A stretch of DNA of 63,627 nt, counting the filler, from Planctomycetota bacterium (GTDB lineage: Bacteria > Planctomycetota > Planctomycetia > JALXBF01): assembly GCA_026991575.1 (NCBI GenBank). It is 5 parts of 4 records of this genome, joined end to end, with 100 filler letters (N's around TTAATTAATTAA, not from the genome) between each part and the next. Parts side by side here need not be neighbours in the genome. Positions count along the whole stretch, not along the records: positions 1 to 31,191 come from JALXBF010000003.1; 4 more parts are not named here. One strand, 5' to 3'. The translations under genes and the position numbers were made by a program. Positions 1-10,052 of the stretch are shown here, piece by piece; positions within the stretch are counted from its first letter, which is position 1, and every line of letters starts with the position of its first letter. The notes below the pieces were generated by a model. The model worked only from the letters and a program-made list of their open reading frames with translations, did not search any database and was not told where the DNA came from.

Positions 1-172
1 GCACTCGGAGGGCCTCGTCGGTCTTGGCGAAATCGCGCGCCGGATGGCTGAAGTAGATGTCAAGCTCTTCGCGGATGCCCACCGGTTCGGCCCCGATTTC
101 CTCCAGCAGAGACGTGAAGGCGGTCACGTCGGCAATCGGACTCTTGATCTCGACCTCGTACTGGGTGTCCAT
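1..172 (-). CDS. CYTH-domain protein (class IV adenylate cyclase/triphosphatase family), 3' end outside window
   Basis: Manual translation from ATG 172: MDTQYEVEIKSPIADV...DIYFSHPARDFAKTDEALRV. It has the ExExK and DxYF...ALRV CYTH motifs and an upstream AGGGAG SD. Absent from the ORF track. Confidence 0.85.
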   Translation of the reverse strand, partial: MDTQYEVEIKSPIADVTAFTSLLEEIGAEPVGIREELDIYFSHPARDFAKTDEALRV

Positions 173-298
173 CGGATCGACTCCCTGCTCACTCACCTCC
201 CTGCATCATACCTCCCGGCGACGCCGGCCCCGTCGGCACGGGCAGACTTGAACGCAGGAGTACGATTGGTGTACGGCTCAGTGACAGTGAGGAGGGCG

Positions 299-910
299 AT
301 GGCAGAGCAGAAGGCAACCAACATCACCTGGCATCACCACCGGATCAGTCCTGCGGAACGCGAGCGGCTTTCCGGCCACAAGGGCTGTGTGCTCTGGTTT
401 ACGGGCCTGTCTGGCTCGGGCAAGTCGACCATTGCGAATCTGGTGGACGAGAAGCTCTTCCTGCGCGGATGCCGCAGCTTCGTTCTAGATGGCGACAACA
501 TCCGGCACGGGCTGAACAAGAACCTGGGCTTTTCAAAGGAAGACCGGGCCGAGAACATCCGACGCATCAGCGAGGTGGCGAAACTGTTCGCTGATGCTGG
601 CGTTATCGCCATCACCTGCTTCATCTCGCCGTACCGCGAGGACCGGGCCAAAGCGCGGGCGCTGCTCCCTGCGGGCCGCTTCATCGAAATCTTTGTTGAC
701 TGTCCTCTGGAGATCTGTGAGCAGCGTGATCCAAAGGGCCTGTACAAGAAGGCGCGTGCTGGCGAGATCAAGGGGTTTACCGGGATCGACGACCCGTATG
801 AGCCGCCCGAATCGCCCGAGCTGGTGCTGAACTCCGGCTTCACGGACGCGGAGACGCTGGCCGATCAGGTCGTCGCATACCTGGAAAAGAATGGCTTGCT
901 TACGGTTTGA
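299..910 (+). CDS. cysC: Adenylyl-sulfate kinase
   Basis: NITWH N-terminus, Walker A GLSGSGKST, LDGDNIRHGL, FISPY, DPKGLY, FTGIDDPYE. SD AGGAGGG precedes ATG 299. Confidence 0.96.
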   Translation: MAEQKATNITWHHHRISPAERERLSGHKGCVLWFTGLSGSGKSTIANLVDEKLFLRGCRSFVLDGDNIRHGLNKNLGFSKEDRAENIRRISEVAKLFADAGVIAITCFISPYREDRAKARALLPAGRFIEIFVDCPLEICEQRDPKGLYKKARAGEIKGFTGIDDPYEPPESPELVLNSGFTDAETLADQVVAYLEKNGLLTV

Positions 911-1127
911 CGGTACGGCCGCCTGCTGCTTGCTGAACGTTGTCCGTCCGGACGAAGGCCGGCTCAGCCAACATCTGTAGCCATTGTTTCCATTGTTTCC
1001 ATGCGGCCGAAGTTGCTTGCGGCGCTACATTCGCGCCCGCGGACCGTGCCTACCTGCGTCCATGCACGAGCCTGCGGCGATGCCTCGATGAGCCGCCGGG
1101 GCGGGCGAGTGGCTCGTGGGGCGGATC

Positions 1128-1937
1128 CTAATCGAGCGGTAATAACTCCACCTTCCGGAATTCGATCGGATGGCTCTCGGACTGTAGCGAGATGTAGCCG
1201 CGGCTGAGCCGTTTTGGGAAGCCCATGCGCAGTAACCGCTGGGCATCGCGATCACGCGGGTCGAGCTGGGGCGATTCGTATTCCAGGACGAGCTTGCCGT
1301 TGACGTAGTGGCGAATCCGTTCCCCTCCGAGCACTTCCGCTTCGACCGTGACCCACTCCTCACCGTGAAACGTCGGCGAGCTCGAAGCGATGCAGTGTCG
1401 CTTCAGCAGCTTCCCGTCCATGACGACGTCGGTGCCCGGAGTGCACAGGTTCGCCGTGGGCCGTTCACCCCGACCCAGGCCGCCGAGCAACTGAACCTCA
1501 ATCGACACTGGAAAGCTTTGCTCGACCGTCATCGTCTCCGGGGGCTGGCAATGGAGCATAATGCCGCTGTTCTTCTTCGCCCAGCTCGGACCGCCCGGCA
1601 CCTGCTCGCCCACGAAGCGATACTCCACCCGGATCCGGTACCGACTAAAGGCTTGTTTTCTGTAAAACAGGTGGCCGAAGCGGTTGCCGAAACGTTCGTA
1701 GCCATCGTAGGAGACCTTCAGCACCCCGTTCTCGACACGGAACGTATCCGCATAGTTCACGCCAAGCTCATAGCCTCGAATCTTGGGGATCCACCCTTCC
1801 AGAGACTTGCCATCGAACAGCGCGATCCACGGCTTTGGCGGTTGCGGCCCCTGACGCGCCGGCAGCGGTGTGCAGCAATGGGTGACCAGCAAGCTGCCGG
1901 CTATCGTTGCCAGGCAGGTGATGATCAGTCGGCTCAT
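1128..1937 (-). CDS. DUF1080 (3-keto-disaccharide hydrolase family) secreted protein
   Basis: Signal peptide, LFDGKSLEGW, NSGIM, EVQL, GYISLQSESHPIEFR. ATGA overlap with the upstream gene. Confidence 0.9.
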   Translation of the reverse strand: MSRLIITCLATIAGSLLVTHCCTPLPARQGPQPPKPWIALFDGKSLEGWIPKIRGYELGVNYADTFRVENGVLKVSYDGYERFGNRFGHLFYRKQAFSRYRIRVEYRFVGEQVPGGPSWAKKNSGIMLHCQPPETMTVEQSFPVSIEVQLLGGLGRGERPTANLCTPGTDVVMDGKLLKRHCIASSSPTFHGEEWVTVEAEVLGGERIRHYVNGKLVLEYESPQLDPRDRDAQRLLRMGFPKRLSRGYISLQSESHPIEFRKVELLPLD

Positions 1938-3997
1938 GGTGTCTCTCCGCTCGGTGATGGCCAACAAGCCTCGGCGATCTGACGCCAACGATCGCGGTCT
2001 TCTGCCAAACTGAACCGCCGTTCAATCAGTTGGGTCACTGCCGCATCAAATGCCTGCAGGTAGCGGCGGCGATCGCCGCCGTAAAGTTCTTCCAGTGACG
2101 GCCGCGGGTCGCCTTGACGCAACCGCTCGGCACGGGTTCGTGCAAATGGGATGAAGCCGCCGGCAAGGCCGAGCAGTTCGTTCTCTGCGCCAATGGTTCG
2201 GTGCCGGAGGTTCCAGCCCGTGTAGGTCCCAGTGGGCACGGCCACGTTGGCCGGCAGCAGCATGCCCAGCTCGTTGTTGTCCGGACCGTAGCGTGGCACG
2301 AGCACGACGTAGCGCCCCCTGGACTCGGGGGGATGTTTCGTCAGGATCCGCCGAGATTCGAATTCCGGTCCGAAGTCGAACCACTCCGGTTGTTGGATCA
2401 CCTCCGGATAACGCACGCCGGGCAGCGGCTGCCAACCGCTTTGGGGCATCTCCCACGGTACCAGCGTTCCCTGGTCGATGCGTGGGTAGATGCTGGGCGG
2501 CGGGGGTATGTTGTCCGTAACCCACTGGGTGAGTGCCACCAGAAGTGCGCGGCAGATCGGCCGGTAGTCGGTATGGTTCAGCGGCAGTGTACCTCTGGTA
2601 CGGCGCGGATGCGGTCGCCCGCTTCCCGGTCCGTGTTGCGCGCCACCGATGGCATAGAGTCTGACCTCGGGCGGCAGCGACACATCCTTGCGGCCCAACG
2701 GGTCGGTGTGCACGAGCGAGCCGGAACGATGCCAGTACTCGGCGGACGTCTGCACATGGAAGATCTTTGGCACGACTCCATCGCGACGGGCTCGGTCCAG
2801 AATGGAGGCTGTTCGGCCGGTAAACGGGTCCGTGGTCGGGGCGTAGCTGAACGGGAAGATATCTACCGGATAGCTGTGGTTGTCGTGCTGGCCGCCGTGC
2901 CTGGTCGGTGAGGCGAAGCGGTGATTGAAGAATCCAAGGCCGGCGCCAGCGATGTGGATGAACATCCCGTCGAAGACACGGCGACCACGTTCGTCCCGGT
3001 TGAACCCGTCGTACAGGAATTGTCTCAAGCACCGACCGCTCTGCGAAGCACCGAACGCTAGGGTATGACGCACGGCGGAACGATCGGCACCGGCGGGCCA
3101 CAGCGGATTATCGGTCCGCTTCTCGTAACGAAGCATGGCCACCAGGTCGCGGATGCCGGCCAGGCCAACTCCCTGCACAATCGGGTCCTGCGCCTCATAG
3201 ATCAGCTCATAGATGTAGCCTGGCTGCAGACCGCCGGCTACTTCGAGCGTCACCAGCGGTAGCAGCGATGGACGTCCCCTGTGAACGACCGGCTTGACGT
3301 GCAGACGCCACTGAGCGTGTGGGATTGGCACTCGTGGGTCCCGCTCGCGCAATCGCCACGTAAGCGTCGCTCGTGCCTGGCCTTGTTCCGTAGGGGGATA
3401 GGCGCCGATGTTGGGCCAGTGCGCCACGGTCATCTCGGTGCGCGGGCTGTCGGGCACGAGCTCCTGCCGGACCAGGCCGCGGATCGGACCGTTTTCGCCC
3501 CGCGCCCGCGGGGCTTCCAGCAGGAGGCGGTCACTCCCGGGAAGCACCTCGGCAATCCAGCCGCTCCAGAGGACGATGTAGCCGCGGCGGAACAGAAAGT
3601 CGGGACAACCGCCGTTGAAGAGGCCGAGGCACAGCCGGTTACCGCGGTTGTTTACCTCGTAGAGCAGCACGCCGTTGCTCTTGCTGAGCTCACGCGGAAC
3701 CAGCAGATCGAAGTCGGCCCGGAAGTGGACGCGACCGTCTGCGGCACGTGCCGCAAGGGAGAGGTCAACGATTGTGCGGTTTGCTTCGTGCTCCGGATCG
3801 AGCGCGAACTCTACCGTCCCACGCAGCCGTTCGTACGGGCCCACCTGGCCGAACGCCTGGCCCCCCCGGTACGGCTCACGTGACGTCACCTCAACCCGAA
3901 CCACCTCGGCCGGCGCACGCCCCGGCAACGCGATGCCCGCGCAGACGCCGGCACAGACCAGCACTACCTGCCGGAACACTCGTGCCACCGTTTGCAT
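1934..3997 (-). CDS. Secreted alpha/beta-hydrolase domain protein
   Basis: Signal peptide, YEVNNRG, nucleophile-elbow-like GASQSGR, SAEYW, TYTGWN. Confidence 0.82.
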   Translation of the reverse strand: MQTVARVFRQVVLVCAGVCAGIALPGRAPAEVVRVEVTSREPYRGGQAFGQVGPYERLRGTVEFALDPEHEANRTIVDLSLAARAADGRVHFRADFDLLVPRELSKSNGVLLYEVNNRGNRLCLGLFNGGCPDFLFRRGYIVLWSGWIAEVLPGSDRLLLEAPRARGENGPIRGLVRQELVPDSPRTEMTVAHWPNIGAYPPTEQGQARATLTWRLRERDPRVPIPHAQWRLHVKPVVHRGRPSLLPLVTLEVAGGLQPGYIYELIYEAQDPIVQGVGLAGIRDLVAMLRYEKRTDNPLWPAGADRSAVRHTLAFGASQSGRCLRQFLYDGFNRDERGRRVFDGMFIHIAGAGLGFFNHRFASPTRHGGQHDNHSYPVDIFPFSYAPTTDPFTGRTASILDRARRDGVVPKIFHVQTSAEYWHRSGSLVHTDPLGRKDVSLPPEVRLYAIGGAQHGPGSGRPHPRRTRGTLPLNHTDYRPICRALLVALTQWVTDNIPPPPSIYPRIDQGTLVPWEMPQSGWQPLPGVRYPEVIQQPEWFDFGPEFESRRILTKHPPESRGRYVVLVPRYGPDNNELGMLLPANVAVPTGTYTGWNLRHRTIGAENELLGLAGGFIPFARTRAERLRQGDPRPSLEELYGGDRRRYLQAFDAAVTQLIERRFSLAEDRDRWRQIAEACWPSPSGETP

Positions 3998-4024
3998 GCT
4001 AGCTCCGTGTGCACTGCCTACTCG

Positions 4025-5683
4025 TCAGCGCGACAGCCGACGCTTCAGGATACCACGGAGCCGCTCGAACTCGGAAGGGTCGAACCCGTCGGACCGCCAA
4101 AGCAGCCGGCCGCGCCGATCCAGTAGCACCAGGGTCGGGAACACACGCACCTGAAATGTTCGCCTGAGCAGGTCCTGGTGATCGGCACCACCCAGCAGCA
4201 ACGGGTATGTGGTCTGCAGCCTCTGGGCCACCTCGCGCACCGTGGCTGCCTGCTGCGGCAGTGGGCCTTGCTCGTAGGCAACGCCTACGACACGTAGCCC
4301 GCGGCCATAGTAGTCGCGATGCAGTCGTTCAATGGCGGGCATTGCTCTCAGACATGCGCCGCACCATGAAGCCCAAAAGTCCAGGAGCATCAATTCCCCG
4401 TCCAGCTCATCCAAGCGCACCATGCGAAGCCGGGCATCGGGCAGGGCCAGCCCGCGCAGGCTGCCGCCAGCCACGGTTGCCAGGAACCGACCGTCAGATG
4501 CTGCGGTATCGGTGCCGATGGGGGATGTTGTCTTGTTGACGAGCGGAGCATCGGAGATGGCTATCGCGGGCGGCTCGGCAGGAGGTGTGCGAACGGGCCG
4601 GCGCACCCGAGTGCGAGCAACCGCTTCGCTAGAAAACGAGGAGAAAGGTGATTGGGGCGAACCACGGTCATCGTTCCGATCGCTTGCAGCTGATGTTGGG
4701 GACCGCTTTGCCGTGGTGGCCACTGGTCTGCGTACGGGGCGCCAGTGACCGGGTCGGACTGAGCCTGCCAGCCGAGGCGGTGGCGGCTGGGCCCGCGACT
4801 GGACCGGCCGGGGCCCGCGCTGGCGCGGTTCCACGCGGGTGCCTTGGAAGCCAGGGATCGGCAGTTCGGCCAGCGGCCGCCGTGGCGGCCCGCCTGCCGG
4901 TGGGCTGTCCTGGAAAGCGGCCGTGGGGGGCGCAGCCATGGTAGGATTCGGGGACCGGCGGCCGAAGAGCCGACTGACAAACTCGCGTAATCCCGGCCCG
5001 CGGCTCGCGGACTGGCCCTGACCACCGCCGGCGTTCAACGCATCGGCCGGTCGGCCCGGTCGTCGGGTGCTCGTGCGCTGGGGCCCGGGCATCGCCGGCT
5101 GGGCAGCAAGCCGGCTACCTTCCGCGGACCGTTGGGCAATGGCCCGTTCCCCTGTACCCGGAGTATCCGCCTGGTCGGGCCTTGCCGTGATCAGTATTCG
5201 GTCACGGGGGGCAACGACCGAAGCGCGGGCCAGGTAAGTCTGGCCGGTGTCGAAACCGGTTACGACCAGCAGGTACCGCTGGCCTGGTGTCAACGCGTCG
5301 ATGTAGAACCAGCCTCGGCTGTCCACCGTGACTCGCCGCGGCGGTTCGGTGGCTGCTGCGGGGGCCGTGACGATGACGGTAACGTCGCGCAGCGGTCGAC
5401 CGTTCGGTCCGACAATCTTGCCGGCAATGAAGCCGCTAGGTGTGTTGGTGTCCGTGGCGCTCGAGCGGATTTGCCGCGCCGCGGTGCGATAGTCGATCTG
5501 GTCGAACTCCAGCAGGCTTGGACCGCTGCGCGGCGACGCCGGTGGCGGCAGCTGGGCCTCGAAGCCGACCACCGGCGGGCGACCGGTCCGATTGGCCTGG
5601 GCTGTGGAGGGGGTGAGGCCGGCGGTGGACTTGCAGCCGGCACAGACGGCAATCACTAGCACGCCGAGCCATCGTCGCGTCAT
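4025..5683 (-). CDS. Lipoprotein with carboxypeptidase-regulatory-like beta domain, long Pro/Arg linker and C-terminal TlpA thioredoxin domain
   Basis: Lipobox CAGC, IAGKIVGPNGRP...VDSRGWFYIDAL, DFWASWCGAC and FPTLVLLDRRG. SD GAGGTG precedes ATG 5683. Confidence 0.82.
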   Translation of the reverse strand: MTRRWLGVLVIAVCAGCKSTAGLTPSTAQANRTGRPPVVGFEAQLPPPASPRSGPSLLEFDQIDYRTAARQIRSSATDTNTPSGFIAGKIVGPNGRPLRDVTVIVTAPAAATEPPRRVTVDSRGWFYIDALTPGQRYLLVVTGFDTGQTYLARASVVAPRDRILITARPDQADTPGTGERAIAQRSAEGSRLAAQPAMPGPQRTSTRRPGRPADALNAGGGQGQSASRGPGLREFVSRLFGRRSPNPTMAAPPTAAFQDSPPAGGPPRRPLAELPIPGFQGTRVEPRQRGPRPVQSRAQPPPPRLAGSVRPGHWRPVRRPVATTAKRSPTSAASDRNDDRGSPQSPFSSFSSEAVARTRVRRPVRTPPAEPPAIAISDAPLVNKTTSPIGTDTAASDGRFLATVAGGSLRGLALPDARLRMVRLDELDGELMLLDFWASWCGACLRAMPAIERLHRDYYGRGLRVVGVAYEQGPLPQQAATVREVAQRLQTTYPLLLGGADHQDLLRRTFQVRVFPTLVLLDRRGRLLWRSDGFDPSEFERLRGILKRRLSR

Positions 5684-5871
5684 GACCAGCACCTCGTTAG
5701 GAGGGGTTCGCCTCGGGGGCCGTACTTGGCCCGGTTTGCCCCGTTAGAGCACGTCGGCCGGCGGGGACGGTAACGGCCAGCGGCTTGTAGGATGAATGGG
5801 TTGGCCTGTAGCGAGCTGTTCGTGAGGCAGGGGCAAGGGAAAGTGCGTCATCCAGTCAGACAGAACCGGTC

Positions 5872-8511
5872 ATGAGTGATGTAGCAGGCCTGGTCGATGG
5901 CGAGTGGATCGTCATCCGTGGTGCCAGGCAGCACAACCTGAAAAACATCGACCTGGAGCTGCCGCGTGACCGGCTGATCGTCTTCACCGGCGTCAGCGGC
6001 TCGGGTAAGAGCTCGCTTGCTTACGACACGCTGTTTGCCGAGGGCCAGCGTCGCTACGTGGCCTGTCTCAGCACCTACGCGCGGCAGTACATCGAGGAAC
6101 TGGAGCGGCCAGAGGTCGATGCCATCGAAGGCCTGCCACCGACGATCACGGTGCGGCAGGAACTGGGTGCGATCAACCCGCGCAGCACCGTCGCAACGGT
6201 CACAGAGCTCTATGACTATCTTCGTCTGCTCTACGCCCGCGTCGGCGTGCCGCACTGTTACTCGTGCGGCACACGGCTTGGCCGGCAGACTCCGCGTCAG
6301 ATCGCTCAAGCCGTTGCGACGCTGCCCGCTGGCACGAAGGTCATGGTGCTAGCGCCCGTCGTGCTCGGCCGGCGTGGCATCCATCGCGACGTCCTTGCCC
6401 GGCTGCTGCGCGACGGCTTTGTGCGGGTGCGCATCAACGGAGAGGTACGTCCACTGGATCCGATACCCGAACTGAAGCGAAGCCATCGCCATACGATCGA
6501 AGCGGTGGTCGATCGGCTGGTGATCCGACCGGGCCTCGAGCACCGACTGATCGCCTCGATCGAGACCGCCATTCGGCACGGAAACGGCATGGTGGTGGTC
6601 TCACGCCAGGAAGGTGGTCAGTGGCACGACAGCGTGTACAGCACCTCGTATGCATGTCAGCGCTGCGGCGTGAGCTTTGGCGAGCTGGCCCCACGTACCT
6701 TCAGCTTTAACAGCCCGGTCGGCGCGTGTCCCGACTGCGACGGGCTGGGCATTCGCCCGGATGTGCTGGAGGTGGTTCTGGAGGAGGAAAGCTGGGGCGA
6801 CGCCGTGCGACTGCTCAGCACGGGCCGGCAGCATGGCCGGCGGGGCCGGCAAACGATCGTTTGCCCGACATGCGGCGGTACCCGCTTGAACCGACTGGCC
6901 CGGAGCGTGCTGGTAGGGGGCCTGTCGATTACCGAGCTGACGAAGATGAGTGTTACCGAGGCGCTGCGTTTCTTCGGCGAGACGCTACAGCTGTCGGGTC
7001 GTGATCAGGCTGTCGGTCAGCCCATCGTGGCCGGCCTGTTGCACAAGCTTCGCTTCCTGGACCGCGTCGGCCTGGGCTATCTGACGCTAGACCGGCCGGC
7101 TGTAACCCTGTCGGGTGGTGAGTTTCAGCGGCTTAGGCTCGCGGCTTACATCGGTTCGGGCGTTGTCGGTGTCTGCTACATCCTTGATGAGCCGACGATC
7201 GGGCTCCATGAGCGGGACAACGAACGGTTAATCCAGGCGCTGCGCGACCTGCGCGACGCGGGCAACACGGTGATCGTCGTGGAGCACGATGAGGCGACGA
7301 TCCGTTCCGCCGACTTTATCGTGGACCTTGGTCCCGGGCCGGGCCGCAAGGGGGGCCGTGTGGTCGTGGCCGGCCCGATCGACGAACTGCTGCGTTGTCC
7401 CGAGTCGGTAACGGGAGCGTATCTGCGCGGCGAACGGCAGGTCCCGCTGCCGGCGACTCGTCGCAGGCCGGATCCGAGCCGGCGGCTCGTGCTGGCCGGC
7501 GCGCGGACGCACAACCTGAAGAACATCACCGTAGAGTTCCCTCTGGGTACGTTCATCGTGGTGACGGGCGTCAGTGGCTCGGGGAAGAGCTCGTTGGTTC
7601 TGGATACGCTGGTCCCGGCCGTACGTGCGCAGCTCGGCCTCCGCACGCCAGCCCCCGGCCCGCACCGACGTTTGAGCGGCGTCGAGCACCTGGACCGGGT
7701 GGTCGAAGTTGAGCAGAGCCCGATCGGTCGAACGCCCCGTTCGAATCCGGCAACGTACGTGGGCGTCTGGGACCACATCCGCCGGTTGTTTGCATCGACG
7801 CGAGAGGCGAAGGTACGTGGTTTTACGGCAAGTCGCTTCAGCACGAACGTCAAGGGCGGCCGGTGTGAAGCCTGCGCTGGACTGGGCGTGCAGCGCATCG
7901 AAATGCAGTTCCTCCCGGACGTGTTTGTATGCTGTGACGTCTGCCGTGGCCGTCGCTTCAACCAGGCAACACTCAGCGTCCGGTACCAGGGCCATTCCAT
8001 TGCGGACGTGCTGGATATGACCGTGGAGGAAGCATTGGAGTTGTTCCGGAACCAGCCCAAGATTGCCCGGCTCTTGAGCACGCTCCGCGATGTGGGGTTG
8101 GGCTACCTAACGCTTGGGCAGCCTTCGAATACGCTCTCCGGTGGCGAGGCCCAACGGGTGAAACTTGCCTGCGAACTCGGACGGCGCGAAGCAGGCCGGA
8201 CGCTATACGTATTGGATGAACCAACCACGGGGCTCCACTTTGCCGACATCGAGAACCTTCTCAACGTACTCCACGCACTCGTGGATCGGGGCAATACCGT
8301 AATCGTCATCGAGCACAACCTGGACGTGATCAAGACTGCCGACTGGATCATCGACCTTGGGCCCGAAGGCGGTGACGCGGGCGGCCATCTGGTTGCTGTC
8401 GGACCACCGGAGCAGGTAGCAAGCAATCCGGCAAGCCATACCGGCCAGGCGCTTCGAAAGGTGCTAAGCCGATCGGCAGCGTCTTCGGCGGATGTCACCG
8501 GCGCCGCCTAG
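5872..8511 (+). CDS. uvrA: Excinuclease ABC subunit A (atypical, short insertion domain)
   Basis: GARQHNLKNI, two GVSGSGKSSL Walker A motifs, two LSGGE signatures, LDEPT, Zn-binding CxxC pairs. Confidence 0.95.
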   Translation: MSDVAGLVDGEWIVIRGARQHNLKNIDLELPRDRLIVFTGVSGSGKSSLAYDTLFAEGQRRYVACLSTYARQYIEELERPEVDAIEGLPPTITVRQELGAINPRSTVATVTELYDYLRLLYARVGVPHCYSCGTRLGRQTPRQIAQAVATLPAGTKVMVLAPVVLGRRGIHRDVLARLLRDGFVRVRINGEVRPLDPIPELKRSHRHTIEAVVDRLVIRPGLEHRLIASIETAIRHGNGMVVVSRQEGGQWHDSVYSTSYACQRCGVSFGELAPRTFSFNSPVGACPDCDGLGIRPDVLEVVLEEESWGDAVRLLSTGRQHGRRGRQTIVCPTCGGTRLNRLARSVLVGGLSITELTKMSVTEALRFFGETLQLSGRDQAVGQPIVAGLLHKLRFLDRVGLGYLTLDRPAVTLSGGEFQRLRLAAYIGSGVVGVCYILDEPTIGLHERDNERLIQALRDLRDAGNTVIVVEHDEATIRSADFIVDLGPGPGRKGGRVVVAGPIDELLRCPESVTGAYLRGERQVPLPATRRRPDPSRRLVLAGARTHNLKNITVEFPLGTFIVVTGVSGSGKSSLVLDTLVPAVRAQLGLRTPAPGPHRRLSGVEHLDRVVEVEQSPIGRTPRSNPATYVGVWDHIRRLFASTREAKVRGFTASRFSTNVKGGRCEACAGLGVQRIEMQFLPDVFVCCDVCRGRRFNQATLSVRYQGHSIADVLDMTVEEALELFRNQPKIARLLSTLRDVGLGYLTLGQPSNTLSGGEAQRVKLACELGRREAGRTLYVLDEPTTGLHFADIENLLNVLHALVDRGNTVIVIEHNLDVIKTADWIIDLGPEGGDAGGHLVAVGPPEQVASNPASHTGQALRKVLSRSAASSADVTGAA

Positions 8512-8678
8512 CGTGCCGCCATACACCACGCACCGCACGACTGACCAGACCGGGCCTCGTTCCCGGGCACACACGGGTCGGCGGCTAGAATCTAGTAAGG
8601 CATCCGGTACCCGCGTCCCGCCCTTTTGCAGTCCGTCTAGGTGATCCGGATTCGAGGCAGGCACACCAAGAAGAGCTC

Positions 8679-10010
8679 ATGTTCCCGAAGCGTACCGCCT
8701 TTCTGCTGCTGATCACCGCCGCGGCCATCGTTCCTTGTGGTAGATCGCGGCCGGCGGTGGGGCAGGAATCGAACCAGGCCGACAAAGTGGCTGTGACCGA
8801 AGTGTTACGCCGGAAGATCCGTGACGAGCGGACCTTTGTGGGCAGTGTCCTGGCCCGCCGGAGTGTGCGAGTCGGGGCGGCCGTGTCCGGTCGGGTGTTG
8901 CGGATCCACGTCGAGGAAGGGCAGCGGGTGGAAGCGGGCCAGGTGCTTGCCGAGCTGGAACGGGACGTGATCGATGCCCGGCTGGCGGCGGCCCAGGCGG
9001 AGCTTGAGCGGCGGAAAGCCGAGCTGGCCGAGCTGGTGGCTGGGGCCCGTCCTGAGGAGCTCGAGGCGGCGAAAGCCCGCGTGGAGGCTGCACGGCTGCG
9101 GCTCCAGTTGGCACGCCGTCGGCTGGCACGCGTGCAGTCGCTTTATGAGCGCGGGGGGGCTGGCGATGAAGAACTCGACGACGCAGCGACTTCGGTTGAG
9201 CAGGCAAGCCAGTTGCTGCGCGAGGCGGACGCCGGCTACCGGCTGCTACAAGCCGGCACGCGGCCAGAACGCATCGCTCAGAGCAAGGCGAGCGTTCGCA
9301 GTCAGGAAGCGGTGCTGGCTGAACTACGTTCCCAGCGAGAAAAACACCTGATCCGCGCGCCGTTCGCAGGCTATGTGGTGCAGAAGTACATCGAAAGCGG
9401 CGCGTGGCTTCGGCAAGGCGACCCGGTGGTGGAGCTGATCGAGCTCGATGAGGTGTACGTCGAGGCGCCTGTACCGGAACAGCACGTGGCTCGGCTGAAT
9501 GCCGAGGTCACCGCACGGGTTGCGTTTGACAGCTTGCCCGGCCGCTCGTTCACCTCCCGGGACGTTATCGTGATCCCGCGGGCGTTCACGGCGACGCGCA
9601 ATTTCCCGGTGCGGGTGCTGCTGAGGAACGTCATCGGGGCCAACGGGGCGCCGCTGATCAAGGTCGGCTTCTCTGCCCGCGTCACGCTTGCCACCGGCCC
9701 GGAAACCGATGCCACGCTGGTACCCAAGGATGCGCTGCTGCTCAACGTGAAGCCACCGGTCATCTATGTCGTGCCTGCCGGATCGCTGCACGAGACCGTG
9801 CCGGCGCGGGCCGTGCAGGTGGAGGTCATCGGCTACTGGCGGGAGTGGGCCGCGGTGCGGGGCGACCTGCAGCCGGGCGAATGGGTCGTGATCCGAGGCA
9901 ATGAGCGGTTAGCTCCCGGCAAACAGGTTACGGTCATCGAGCGGGTACCGTCCGAACAGCTGCTTACTCCTCGGCGGTTCTCAGACGAAATCGGCACAGG
10001 AGCACGGTGA
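8679..10010 (+). CDS. RND efflux periplasmic adaptor subunit
   Basis: SGRVLRIHVEEGQRVEAGQVL lipoyl-like half, long coiled-coil hairpin, IRAPFAGYV. Directly upstream of the permease. Confidence 0.92.
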   Translation: MFPKRTAFLLLITAAAIVPCGRSRPAVGQESNQADKVAVTEVLRRKIRDERTFVGSVLARRSVRVGAAVSGRVLRIHVEEGQRVEAGQVLAELERDVIDARLAAAQAELERRKAELAELVAGARPEELEAAKARVEAARLRLQLARRRLARVQSLYERGGAGDEELDDAATSVEQASQLLREADAGYRLLQAGTRPERIAQSKASVRSQEAVLAELRSQREKHLIRAPFAGYVVQKYIESGAWLRQGDPVVELIELDEVYVEAPVPEQHVARLNAEVTARVAFDSLPGRSFTSRDVIVIPRAFTATRNFPVRVLLRNVIGANGAPLIKVGFSARVTLATGPETDATLVPKDALLLNVKPPVIYVVPAGSLHETVPARAVQVEVIGYWREWAAVRGDLQPGEWVVIRGNERLAPGKQVTVIERVPSEQLLTPRRFSDEIGTGAR

Positions 10011-10052
10011 CCTATTCAGCACATGCCCGTCCGGTCGAGAGGAGTTACGACG

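Noticed and set aside
981..1002. CCATTGTTT tandem duplication
   Set aside because: Only about 2.4 copies between convergent genes; no functional context.
5700..5871. SOS/LexA box upstream of uvrA
   Set aside because: No palindrome or direct repeat matching LexA boxes known to me.
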